Below are positions 14,272-28,300 of a DNA stretch of 64,000 bases, in pieces. The position numbers and the translations under genes were made by a program. Under the pieces are notes generated by a model, which worked only from the letters and a program-made list of their open reading frames with translations, was not told the origin of the DNA and did not search any database. Numbering within the stretch: position 1 is the first letter of the stretch; every line of letters starts with the position of its first letter. The DNA is from Paragordius varius (Eukaryota; Animalia; Nematomorpha), in NCBI GenBank assembly GCA_964247055.1, contig OZ176053.1, positions 5,146,001 to 5,210,000 on the forward strand, in the 5' to 3' direction.

Positions 14272-15521
14272 CTAGCTAGTTGGTCCTGTCACGCTTCACT
14301 GCGACGTAATCCCGCTGATAATTTTTCCTTAAATTCACAATAAATAGATTTAATGGAGATGAAAAATAATTAAAAACATATTTAATAAAAATGTCTTTAA
14401 TTATTCTTTTACGAAATTTTGCATAGGCTCAAAAATTGTTTACTCGAAATTGAACATATTTTAACTGTCCCTTATTAAAGTTAATATTCAACTATCATTG
14501 GATTTATTTTAAGACTTTTGTTTTGCGAAATCATGGTTAAAAGTTCTAATTTAAAATTGTGTTCATACAGCTGGGATCAAGGGATAGAAAAAGTAAATCA
14601 TTTGTGGTCCCTTTTTAAAGGAAAGAATGATATTATACAAATTTCCCAGAAATGTGTTTAATTGAAGTATGGTTTCTTAAGTTTTTGAAAATTAGCTCCA
14701 AAACTAGGCCATTTTATATATGGCGTCTTGTTTTAAACCGGTAGACCCCCACCCATAGTATGGAAAAAGCGTTTAGTTAAATTCTTCTTTATGGGGCAAA
14801 TATTTGGAATCATCTTTGGAACCGTCGTCTCATGGGTTATTCAAAAAAAATACCTCGACACTAAATAACGTTTAATGATGGCAGGGCATAAAGACCCCAA
14901 ATTAACGGCTAATAAAAAAGCACCTTAATTTTTACCTAGTTAGGGGTAATATTTCAAGCTTTTAATGAGCTCATATGGCTTCATATCTGTAAATTAGCTC
15001 CAAAACAACACAATTTTTATATAGTGGCGCAGTTTTAACGGCTATTTGTTTACCCGGCAGCCAATATTATAAAAACGCAAGATTAAAATTTTTGCCTTTT
15101 AACAGGGAATACCTGGAATCCTCATTGAATTTTAACGGTCTCATACCCTGGGAAAACTTTATTTGGTTTTTTTTGAAAAAATAGAATTTTACGGGGGAAG
15201 AGGGTAAAAAGAGAGCCTAAATTAAAACAGTAAGCCTACTATGTTCGACACAATCGAAAAAAGATAAAAAAATCATATTTGAAATTGACCAACACGTTTC
15301 CGGAAAATTGTTTGAAAGACAATTTTTGTGGACCTGTTTTTTCAAAAAAAACCCGTTTTTTACATCGGGTGGGCCCGAACTGGGGGCCTACTTAAAAAAA
15401 AGAACGAAGCTATTGTCGAGACATTCATTAATGATTATATTTGTTGATATTTGAATGAATCTACCGGTTTTCCGGAAACAGATAACAAAGCCAGCATTTT
15501 CCATTTTTATAAATATATAAA
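14272..15521 (-). mobile_element. Long-form Helitron with an alternative 3' terminus
   Basis: Family 5' end at 15521 (TC mutated to TT); body homologous to 563-1450; 3' end on the - strand GTCGCAGTGAAGCGTGACAGGACCAACTAGCTAG|T, unrelated to the short-form end. Confidence 0.75.
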
Positions 15522-15827
15522 TTATAATGATTCACATAAAAATGATGGTATAAACAGTCTTTAAGAACCAGAAAATTTTAGGATATGTTTATATACGATG
15601 ATTGTTATTTTTCTTTATAACAATAAGGGGTAGCGACCCATAGTTTAAGAAGCCCTGCATTAGTCAATAAGCTGATAATAATCATAGTAGAAATTATTTA
15701 TAAACAACGAACTTTTGAAAATGAACTTGGGGCTTAGCTATTTTACAGGATTAAATTATTTAAATAGCTAATAACTGCTTATATTTAATCAACGTTAATT
15801 ATTCATTGGAACAATGAGATTTTGTAA

Positions 15828-16403
15828 TCTATATATTTATAAAAATGGAAAATGCTGGCTTTGTGATCTGTTTCCGGAAAACCGGTAAACCCATTCAAAT
15901 CCAAATATCGAAAAAATAAAATCATTAATAAATGCGGCCACAATAGCTTTGCCCTTTTTTGAATTAGGCCCCCAGTTCGGGCCCACCCGATGTAAAAAAC
16001 GGTTTTTTTTGAAAACAAGTCCACAAAAATGTCTTTGAGACAATTTTCCCGAGAACGTGTTGGACCATTCGATTTCAAATATAATTTTTGTTTAGTTATT
16101 TCCGATTGCGCCGAACATAGTTTTTTTAATTTAGGCCCTCTTTTTACCCGCTCTCCCCGTAAAATGCCATTTTTTTCAAAAAACAAAGTCCACAAAAATA
16201 ATTTTTTGAATCTATTTTTCGCCCAAGTAAACAATATATTAGGATAAATGCACCGTTTTAAAATTCCTATAAGATCATAGTTATTAAATAATGTTTCGAA
16301 ATGATCCACATATATAGATCATTTTATTGTCCTTTTTTTCAAATAGCCCCCCAGAAGTCCGAAGGACTTCCTAGGGCTGCGTAGCAGCACAAGAATACGC
16401 TAG
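15828..16403 (+). mobile_element. Complete non-autonomous Helitron (576 bp)
   Basis: A|TCTATATATTTATAAAAATGG...GAAGTCCGAAGGACTTC hairpin, GCTGCGTAGCAGC hairpin, then CTAG|T at 16400-16404. Confidence 0.9.
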
Positions 16404-17699
16404 TAAAATAAAATAATTGACTTATTTAATTGGGATATACAACAAATATTTTCCATTAGTTGAGAGGAGAAACTTTTTTTATAAATGATTAGGTACATCA
16501 GCAGACATAAATTCACTATGGTGCATCATTAAAAATATCCTTCTAATTAACATTTTAAACATTAATCTTTATATGGTAATAAATATTTTTTATATTGAAA
16601 ATTTTTTATCTTAAAAATTCAGATTAGAAAACAGATTTAGCAGAAAGGAGTCTCATACGAATCTATTGGAGGTAAAAACATCTCATTTTTCAAAGTAATT
16701 TACCTTATTTTCATATGTTTATTTAAGAACACAGGGCTCATAAAAGATAATCAGAAAATATATTTTCTATCGGAACATGTCACGATTCCCATAGGTTTTT
16801 AACAAGGATTGGAACCAGAACCGGGAATTATAAACTTCCTTGATACGGATATAGAACCAAAAAATGCAAATATAAAATTAAAAAATCATATTTTTTGATT
16901 AAACTTACATTATTTTGTTTTCTATTTATTGGTTGACTTTTTGGGTATGGAATGATCAAAAATCTATTTATATTCGAGAGCAAAAAAACTATGTGGTTTT
17001 GTAATAAATAATATATTAGTTTAACGCATTATACACTACTTGCAAAATTAACTGGTTTAGATTTAAGCTAAACCAATTTAGAATCTTCTGAGCCTATCTT
17101 TCTAGTAGCAAACAAGATAAAAATATAACTAAATATCCAAAATTACTATTTTTCAATCATGGGTTTCCTGTAAAAGAATATCTGTAGCCTAGAAGAAGAG
17201 GGTATATTTAACCGAAGACCATGGAGATATGGATCATACAATCTAACTTTCTACAGCCTAAAAAATATATCAATTGAATTAGTCGTGATCAAACAAGAAA
17301 TTTAGTCGGAAAAATTTATAATCTAACACATTTAATTTGTAAACCCTAAAACTAGAAATGCCTTCGTTGTTGCCGAGGCCGCAGATTTTGAGATCGCATA
17401 AAAGAATTACTAAGCAATAAAACGATTTTTCCACGATAACTTATGCCAAAATATAAAAAAAGAATAAATATTATTAATATCTAACAAACAATCAATATCA
17501 ACCTAAAATAATAAAATGCAATAATTTAGACAAATAAAATATAGTATTTGGAAGCAAAATGTTACTAATTATATATTAAACCCTGAGCTATCCCTTCCAT
17601 AGTTTTTCCATAATAAGCTAATCAAAAGTGATATGTTTTAAAACTAAAGATATTTAACAAAATATGAATACGTTTCTACAGAAGCCACCATAGCCTATC

Positions 17700-17910
17700 A
17701 ATAATTTCGTACGAATTAATACTCATATCACTCATACCAAGATTAAATCTATTAAACATGGATTTATAAAACCAATAATTCTAATTAACACGTATTGCCA
17801 TATAAAATTATTGGAGAACTGTGATTTCACTATGAAATATTTATATTCCGAACTTGACAACCTCAAATTATCAAAAATTCTGCTCATTTACATGGTTATT
17901 TCTGCCCTTT
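17700..17910 (+). pseudogene. Possible decayed LINE endonuclease (APE) fragment
   Basis: Open stretch ...KPIILINTYCHIKLLENCDFTMKYLYSELDNLKLSKILLI loosely resembles I.IINVYAP...F..L...L...IILGDFN; weak. Confidence 0.25.
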
Positions 17911-19374
17911 GAAATATTCAAAACAGTGATAAGTCATTGACAAATTATAGTTATTTATTTGGGGCAAAAGTGAGAAATTTTTTGGATAGTTTTATATTTT
18001 TTAATAATATTGTTAGCATAGTGATTATAAAGGTTCTACTAGTTTGGTATTGATGATTTAATTTGTTTTGGGAGAAAAAAATACCACAAAGGTGAGAAAT
18101 TTTTTTTCAATATATATTATTTATCAATACGGAGCTCCCTAAAAAAATTTGATGCAAAAACTATTGTGGCAAATATTTTGATTTAGCATACTCAAAATAT
18201 CAAATCTCAAATCTGTTAAATGCTAAAAATTTTGTTCTCTGTCGAAAATGTTAAGCACAAAATGTTTTTTAAAATAGAAAGAAATGTAACACTTCATTAT
18301 TAATTTTTTATTTTTTTAGACGATCACGTTTGGAGTAGTTTCATATTTCACAGCTTAATCTTGTACTACTAATGTATAGTATGTTTTTTTTAAATTAAGT
18401 ATACAACATTCCTTTATTTGATCAAAAGGCTTATATTTTTATAAGTTTTTTAACTAATAAATTGTTTAAAATTAATAATTATCAAATAATTCTGATAAAA
18501 TGAAACCTGAAAACTTTCTAAATTAATGATTTACATTATCTAAACTTATAGATATATCCTGTTCTATTGGAGATTTAAAAGTCTTCGAAAATCCTGCGGC
18601 GAAAAAGTTTGAGATCAGGATTTATTTGCAATTTTACATTTTTAATAAATTTTATGTATCATGCGCCTAAAAGGCTTAAAAAGCACATATTAACTACTTT
18701 GTAATATATTAAATATTTAACTGGGATTTTAAACAACCCTAGTGAAATTTGTTAAAGAACGTTTAAATGTATCGTTAGAACCCAAAAACAATTTTTTTAA
18801 AAAGTTGGCAAAAAGCCCCGAATTAGCTTGAATAAATTTCTTAAAACTAAATATGCTCACAGGCTATTTTTAATAAGATAGGAGCATAAATAAAAATTGG
18901 AACCATTCGCTTTTTTTAATTTTAAAATTGGGATAGCCAGTGACCCTAATTCGCATGGAGGAGATTTAATATATAACTATACTTAATAAATTTTTATAAA
19001 AATAACATGTATTATCTGTATATTTTTTGAAATATGTCCTAAAAATAACTGTTAATAGCAACATCAGTAGTCGAAACCTTTAATATTATCTTTTATATAT
19101 AACTTGATTTATTTCATTAGCAAGTGACATAATTAATATAATTGATTTTTTGGCGTTATGCCATCCCATTTGATTTTCAAAATTTCAAATTGGTTATTTA
19201 AAAAAATATCATTATTTTAAAAATTTTAATTTTCTAAACTTTATTACCACTTTATATATTAGAATTTAAGATATATAGCAAAAAATAAATGATAAATGAA
19301 AAGCATATTCTCGGTTGAAACTTCAAACACATGTTTTAGGGAGCTCGCCAAACAACGGCGTGGTGAATATTTGA

Positions 19375-22300
19375 ATGTCGGAAACTTATCCAAGAATATC
19401 CATATTCCCCTCTCATATTGCGCTGTTATGTACCCATGACGTAGAGGTGTTAGCTCAAAAAAATAATCTAGCATTTGTGGAAATGTTAGAAATTTATTCA
19501 GTGATTGAATTAAATAGTAAACATTGCTTTAACCTTAGCTCACATACGCGATTACAATGGTAACGCTCATGCAATTAATAATATGTATGTAAAATTTAAC
19601 GAAATGAAAAATCAAAATGTACAGCCTTTGATTGCCAGAAAACTATTAAATGAATCTGTATCCAAATACAACTTATATCAAAAATCTGCGCTGGATTATA
19701 ATTATAACATCGAAAATAAAGAATTTAGTATCCCTCTTGGAAATATAAACAGTTTTGTTCAAATAATTTTTTAGAATCTTTGTTTAATATAAATTTCCCT
19801 CTTAGTGCTCCGTGGTTTGAACAATATAAACAAACATTTTTTAATGTTATGGTTTGTAGTGACCACGAATTTTTGCGACATTACCTTGCTTGTAAATTAT
19901 TGATATAATATTTATAAATTTAACCCTTTTTATAATCCACACTTTAATGCTTTATCGTTATTTTAATTTTGTTAAAAATTTCTAAATTTATGAAATAGAG
20001 ACATATATATTTGCGGATATCTATTATAATCATTTGCGTGATTTTTAATTTATTATATACAGTACATATATTAGTTGATAAAAATTTGACATAAAAATTA
20101 AATGAGTTAAAATACTTTGCATTATATATAATTTTGAAAGTTGAATTTAAATCCCGAAAAATTAGGTCTGTTTGTTGTTAGTTGCAACAGTCAGGATCCG
20201 TTACGAGATTTGGAAAATCTTATTCAACAACAACGAGAACATCAAGGGTTTCGGTCTCAAGTTCCACCCTTTACCAATACTAATTCACTTTCAGGTAAAC
20301 TTTATCAAATGTTTTTAAACAAATCTAATCTTTTTTTACCTTTTGAATTTTTATTTTATGCAAAAAGTATCAACGTTTATTATTGTTAACGAAAATAAAT
20401 AAGTTTATGCTATATAATATCTATGGTAAATAACTATTGAACTTAGTATGTTATGCGGAAATTTATTGTTATATTGTTTTACAATTTGGAAAGCAGGTAA
20501 ATTTGTCAAAGTCCTATATAATTTTGTATTTGTTATATTTACATAAAAATTGAACCATTAACTTTATTTATTATATCAATTTAGTTACTTTTAATTTTAT
20601 AATTACAAAAATCTTTTTCATTCAGTGTCTGCATCACACGTGGGAACTGGACATAAATGGTTTTGTCAAAGTGTTTTTCATTTCCATGTCTTATTATATG
20701 ATCCATCTGAGTGTGAGGAACAGCGGTAAGTAACAATTTTTTCGACGTATTTTAAAAAGATTGTTTGATATTTATCTAATTACGGTATAATCGATTGCAA
20801 TACATAAATTCTTGGGATATAAAATTTGCATGGCTTTTATCTCAAATAAAAGTAGCGATTTTGTTTGTTATATACAACGTCCAGCAAGTAAAAATTAGAT
20901 TTTAGGCATTCTTTATTTATTAATACCCATTTTTAAAGCATTTTTTTGTTAAGAAAATATTTTATGCCTTTAAATCTTACAAATTTAGCCATAAGCGCAT
21001 CTGGCTTCTTATTTGTTTAATATTTTCATTGCTTTCTCCAAAATTTTTGTTATTAAAATATTTGATTTTATGTAAAATAAAATTTCTTAATTAAATTATG
21101 ATAATATAAATAAATAAAAGCGGTATAATTATATTGCATTATCTATATAGAGCCCTGGGATTGTACGAAAATATGAAGAATATGTATGGTTCACATGCCT
21201 GCCACTTTTTACGCTTGAATGATACCGATTCGAATCTCTCGGTTAATTTTTCATTTTTTTTTCATTTTTTTAAAAATTTAAATAACAACATAAAAATATA
21301 GATATATTAATTTTATGATATGAAATGTTAAATTTAGACATCAATGAGAACTGATGAACCCTTACTCCCAACCCTTAACGGAGAACTTCCAATACAACTA
21401 AATTCCCTCCAAGATGCTTTGAAAGAAGGTGGTATTTTACTTCTACATTAGATTTTGTTGTAATTTTATAACCCAAATTTCCAAATTTTTTTAGGTGACA
21501 TCTTTCGGCTTCAATTTACATAATAACAAAATATTTACATTTTATTTGCACATATCCAATCCTTAATTATATTTGATGAATTTTGATAAAAATCCATTTT
21601 TTAAATCTATAAATGTAATAAATATATAAAACATCCCAAAAATCCTTAACTTTTCATAGATGCTGATTATTTAATATTTTATGACACATAGTTATTTAAT
21701 AAATGGGTAGTTAAATATAATTTATATGCTATCAATTTTATAATTATTAGGTAAATTGAAAAAGTTATTTGCTAATTATCTTTATTTATTTATTACAGAT
21801 AATACCGATGGAAGTCACCCATTAGATCAGTTAGCCCAGACACAAAATTTGTCCAACGTAAAATTATTTACAAATACATTAATCTCTTTTTTAGTTTATG
21901 TTTTACCACATTAGACATAATTAATATAATGATATGAAACTTTGACGTGTTTTATATACAGTAAATCATGAAAATTAATAACAAATAATATAAAATAAAT
22001 CTAGATGACATTTTAATTTTATATTAAAATAGCTTCAACAATATCATGTCGTCAAGATTTATTATAATTATTTGATATTAATTTTCCTTATTTCTTTATC
22101 ATAAATTGTATAAAATATATTTTAGATATAGAACCAAATAAATTTTAATAATCTCAAAATATTTTATTATTGATAGCCAACGCCTTACATGGAAGACACA
22201 TCCTCCCAACCCTCTTTAAGTCCAGGCCTCCTTAAATATAACGGTAAATAAATCTTAAGAGTATATAATAAACATTTAAACCAGAATTTTATAAATTAGC

Positions 22301-25300
22301 CCTTTTTTTCATAAATATTTTAGTTTGATCTAAATTCACTTTTGTATTTACAACTTTTAATACAGGCCAACAATTTGTGTTTTCTGTATCTTTATATGCT
22401 TTTAAATGCACAACCATTTGATTTGTATATAAATTCTTCATTTCTTCTAACAATTTTGAATATTACACCATATATGTATTAAATGAAATTCTAAAAAAAG
22501 TTGAGTAAATTTCTTTACTGTTTACCATTAACATATTTGATATGTTTACTAAGCAGAGTATATAATAACATGTATGTTTACCAAGGATAATAAATAGAAG
22601 CAATTATGGTGTTATATATGCGATAATTTATAAATACCATTTACACCTCAAATTCCCCCTCGAACAATTCAAATTCATCCCAAAAATAAGTTATTTTGTT
22701 TCAGATCAATATAACTCATCATTAACATAAATTAGTTTTCTTTGGCATAGTCCATTATTTTTGATTATAATTTTAATAAAGAAAATTTTATTTTTTTTTA
22801 AAAAATTATAAAGAAATATAGAGAATTTTTAATGCTTAAAAACACATAATTTATTTTAGGGTGAGAGTAAATTTGAGCTGTAAATGGTATATATCACATA
22901 TTATAAATTATAATATTAAACTAAACAAAACTAATTCTAAAAATAATAATGATAACATACAAACTATAGATGAAAATTTAAATTTATTATCGGCCGGGAA
23001 TCAAGCCGCAATGTCGGGTCTCGTTAAGGATTTTTGTGTTAAAGGACTTATTCCTTGGGCTGAACGGCATATGCGGTTATGGAATGAACAAGTTTATATC
23101 AATCTCTATTGTCTCTTTATTTTGTCTTAAACACGAAACACACAAATTAAATATTTTACAAAAAGTCAATCAGTGCTTTGAGTTAAATATTGTTAAATAT
23201 CATTGGTGGCGATGAAATCATTTTTATCATAAAATATGAAAAAAATCAGCGAAAAACCCTAAAAGCGTGTACGTTTTTCTTTTATTCTTTTTAGTGATAT
23301 GAAATTTACTTAAAACTATTTAAATTTAGACAAAAAAATGAATTATCCAATTTCCGCTGTGATAAAAAGGCAAAAAAATATTATAAAATTTTAAAAAATT
23401 CATACTGCCACAACAGTATAACATTAATTTATTTTTTTATAAAGATACCTTTTTACAAAAATGTCCGCACAAAAGTTCGATAAAAATCCTATATACATAA
23501 TATTATATATATTGAAAGATTCAATCTCGTCGAGGTCTCCTATCTAAAAGTATTATATCAGCAACGAAAAAATGGTTTGGAGTCAATTTGGGTGGTGGCA
23601 CTTCGAATGCAACTTTAAATGCGCCTCCACCCTCAGGAATATCTCATCAGCCTGTTATGGTATCGTTGAATAAACCGACACATGCATTAAAGACTATAGC
23701 GAATAAAAATAATTCAATACTAACTTTAAATAGCAACCAAAATCAAAATTATCAACCCTTAAACACTAGTAATTCTTCTATGATGTCTAAATCGGCTACC
23801 CTATCTTCGTTAGGTAGAAAGAGCTTTTTATAGATGTTTGTATAATTTAGAATTTACTCCATAATATATATGATATAAGTTGGGTTATATTTGTTCTATG
23901 TTTTATTTATAAATATAAATCTGGCACTGTTTTCATATAAAATTAAGGTAGAGTCAAAAACTTTATATAGTTTTATTAAAAAATAAAAAACATGGACATA
24001 ATAATATAACCTTTTTAACAATTATATATTTATACTTTGGTAATGGTAAAAACAGTATACTCTATAAGACAATTAATATACAAATTTATGGGCTCGTTTA
24101 ACTTTAATTAATAATGAGCAATGTAGTTATGATTTTTGATTATTCGCCATGTGATATATATTTTTTATTCTTGGATTAACTTTAATATATAACGCAATGT
24201 AAATTATAATTTTAGATTATTTGCCATCTTATCTTTATATTTTTTATAATAAATTAGGTAATGTTGGAATGAAATCACTATCCTCATCATCATCTTCTAC
24301 TAACACAATGCATAGTAGTTTAAGTACAACATCCGTTTTGTAAGTTGTATTTTTATATATAATTAGTAAAGTTTATTTTTCCTCATAAAGAATTAAACCT
24401 TTAATGATAGTTGATGATATAATAATAATACATTTTCTCGAAATGGAAAGTTCATTTGCATGAATATAATTTATGTTTTTATTTTGTTGTTTTTTTGGTA
24501 AGGATGATAGTATATAATATATATAAACCTTAATGCTTGTTGATTTAATAAAAAAAGAGTCGAAAACAAAATTATTTTATGTTACCCTCTTAGAAAATCA
24601 TTTACAGTTAATATTGAGAATTATACAGTATCCTTTAAACGATCCCCTATTTAATCGTTCAAATTTACATATATAGCTCTCATAATTAGTAAACATTCTA
24701 AAAAAGATAATATTTAATCTCCATAATATTACAATATTTTAAGGTATAATCAAGATTCGATTGAATTGCAATCCCGTCAATTGGCTGATTTATGTTTTTT
24801 GTTTCAATGTTATTCTCCAGCCTACCAATTATATCATAGCGTTAAAAAAGACTTTCAATCTGATCAAGCTTGGATTTATTATGCAGGCGCTATCGTATGA
24901 TATGCATCCAAATTTTATTTTGCTAGTTTTTGTTATTTAATGATGCCAGATATCAACAGTAAAGAGAATTATTTTTGTTGCAAAAAAGCAAAAAATAAGC
25001 CAATATTTTTTCGTGATTGTTTATGGCTATTTGGCAATATTTGATTAAAAACTAGCAATGCATTTTTATTACTGTATAATTAGGGTTTAAACTCACTGAC
25101 CGCTTGATTATGTATGCGGTTACATATGTTTATAAGAGTCATCATTACCACAAATGTAAAAATATGCTGCAATCAAATTAGATCTAATTTTTTAACATAT
25201 TTTTTAACAATTACTTGATAATGAAAGCTATGTAAAATCAGTAATAATTAAATTTATTTAAGACATGAATTTTTGATACTTCTAGTAATTTTTGCCAAAA

Positions 25301-28300
25301 TCAAAAATTTTAACAATAATACTTGGTAAATTTTTATACCATTATTTTATATACGTGATAATATGTAGGCATTTTTAACCAGTTAAACCCGACACCCTAA
25401 TTAATATATTTATCAACAAATTAATATACATTATTTAAATTTTGATTTCGATTTTTTTACTCAATAGGAAATGGCTGGTGTTACATCTTTTCTTATGAAC
25501 ACACCCCTCAATCAATATCCCCATCATTATATAGAATCAGCTATTAATACTTACCTCAATGTTTGCAAGTTCGAATTTTTTTATATGTTTTCAGTAAATT
25601 TAATACATTTTTTTTCAAACAAGATTAATCTTTTCATTATATATTGATCATTTTAGTTTACCGATATTTGCCATACGGTCAACATTAATTAGTACAGAGA
25701 TATTGAAATGGTTTGGATTATATACCCAGTCTGCATTACAATACCTTAAACTTACCTCAGAGGATTCTGATTTGAGAAGCGCTTTGTTTTTAGAACAATC
25801 GGCCTTGTGTTTCCTTAAGGTTTGATTTATTTCATAAGTTTTATCTTAACTGAATGTAAGTTAAATAATTATCATCTGTATACTTTATAATTTGGGTTTA
25901 TAGGGATAACTTTTTTTAAAAAATATCAACCCATAAAAAATATTTTATGATACTTAAAATCACAAACTATTTATGAATTTTTAGTTAATAAAATTGTCAC
26001 AAGTTATACATTTTGAATAATAGGATTAAAATATAACCAATACCTATTATATTGACAACATTTTAAATTTGATTAACCTATTTAATTTAGGTCAATTCAT
26101 CTGTAAATTTTCCCTTAAAAATAATTGAACAAGAAAATTCCAATGTATTAGAAGAAAAAAACAACCAATTATTGCCCAATGCAAAATTTTATACGGGGGA
26201 TAATGTTTCGACTAATTTCGGTGCTTCGATGAGTAAAGTGAAACCATACACTTCAATCGGAAGTTTGATAAGGAAATATGCATTTTACATGGTTTTGGCT
26301 GGAAATAAATATTTGAAAATAGCGGATGAAAATATACCTTCTGCCATGGTTTTGCAAACACCATTTACCAACCATAATAATAATAACCCGGTCATAACCA
26401 CCCCTAACCATATACATTCATCTCTTAAGTAATTTTAATTTTGCATTAAAAACTGGTCATAAATCTTGTCTTAATCATAGAAATAAATTTTAATTCGTAC
26501 ACACAGAAAACATTAAAGTTATAAAACAAATCGTAAAAAATAATAGACAAATATATTTTTAAGTATTTTATGTTTCTAAATGGGAATGTATGGTAATCTC
26601 CCCAATTATATTTCATAATATTAATCATTTAGGGTTTTATAATCGAGTATGTTTTTTTTGATTAACAAATTATTTGTTTTTAACTTTTTATGAAATGATT
26701 TATATGTTAATTTGTTTTGTTTATTTTTACGATGCTTGAAAAATATTCACATTTTTTAATTTTACCAAAGTATTTAATCAATAACAATAAGATATATAAA
26801 TTGGGTAAATAATAATCTCTTTAACTCTTTGCTTATCATACCATTTAAAATAATAAACTTTTTTTTGTTTTGAAGATTAGACTCTATAATTCTTGGGTTT
26901 TTGATAACTATTTATGCCCTAATATTTATTTTTCCTTTTTCAAAGTAATAACTATTTACTTTTATAAATGCATTCATAGCCAGTCAATCTAACCCATCAA
27001 TTTCAATTTCTTATTTTATATATAATTTTAAATGATATACTTATTTTAATTTACGGTATATTTTAGTATGTGTCTCTCCTTTAAACGACATGGCATACGT
27101 TGTTACAATTTAGCTAATCAAGTTTACAATATATTACCACAATTATGTGAAACATCTTTGGTTATTTCCAGTGATTTAAGGGACAGAAATTTGCACCATT
27201 CCAATTTTTATAGCAGCAGTAATAATGATATAATTAATGTTGAAAAACTGGGCTCATTTTCCCCTTACAAAGGCAATGAATGGAAAAGTGCCTGTGAACA
27301 TGTGCAGTTTACCTTAGCGAAACATTACAGATCCCTCTATCATTTGCTTTTGGCAAATGGCGTTCATAAAAGGTTTATATATATATATGTTTTTATCTTT
27401 TTTTCCTTTATGGTTAAATTGAATGTACTAGCATGTATCAGGCGATCAAAAAATTATACGAGGAATATATTTAATTTAATTTTTCTTATTAACTTATTTA
27501 AATAGCTTTCAATTTGTTTTTATCATATAGGGCCACAATATGTTTAAACGAATCACATTACCATTTATCGAATCTATTCACCCCATCTTTGAGCACACTG
27601 TACGACTGTAACATGTTATTTAAAATTTCTCAATCTACTACTCAAAACAACTCAAAAACACCATTTAACTATCACAAAAACATAAATAATTTAGACATTT
27701 ATTTGAATCTGTTGGGCTCAAATGTTAAAAACTTTGACAAACTTGGCCATCAAGATAACCAATTTATCATTGATGATAATAAATCTAACCGTGAAGGAAC
27801 TAATATGGCCATTCATGTCTCAACAAATCAAACGGCTAATCAAAATATACAAAATCACATCAAATATCTCAAAGAATTGATATCATTATTTACAGTTTTA
27901 TTTTTTTTATTTATAAATTCAAAAATTAGCGTTTACAAAATTTTTAATGTTTAAATGGATAATTGAACTGTTTTCTACAAAATATAACATTTGCGTGACT
28001 AAAAGAGGACTGTTATAAACCTAAAATTTTAACAGAATCATCGTTTAGTCGAAACTAATCAAAAATCCATTAAAATAAATTTTGAGGAAAATGACTTTTT
28101 TTATATATATAATATCTCACATCTACATAGGATTATCAACAATTAAAAAATCCGAATTTCCGTTTATCTTTACCCTTGCCTCTCTTTTTGTCACAAGCCA
28201 TTGAAGTTAAATTAGCCGATTATGATATTGAAAAACAAGCAAATACGTTTCGGCAATCGAAAGAAAACTACCATTTTGATCCAATGTTTCATTCCCACAC

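Larger units (their letters stand above)
13962..15657. mobile_element. Buster-type hAT non-autonomous element carrying a nested Helitron
   Basis: TIRs CAGGGCTTCT(T)AAACT / AGTTTAAGAAGCCCTG; perfect 8-bp TSD CATTAGTC (13954-13961 and 15658-15665) with the nnnTAnnn Buster signature. Confidence 0.9.

Noticed and set aside
8407-16309. ORFs 8407-8643, 8514-8702, 15803-16309, 15837-16043 and 16029-16247
   Set aside because: All lie within non-autonomous Helitron copies; frames are not conserved between copies and there are no Rep/Hel motifs.
16790-16860. GGAACCAGAACCGG motifs here and at about 55090-55205
   Set aside because: Probably subterminal repeats of another decayed DNA transposon, but no boundaries or TSD could be defined.
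19314-19339. Possible 26-nt GT-AG intron upstream of the TRAPPC8 ATG
   Set aside because: No spliced frame from upstream ATGs reaches the coding frame without a stop. It could be a 5' UTR intron but cannot be supported without transcripts.
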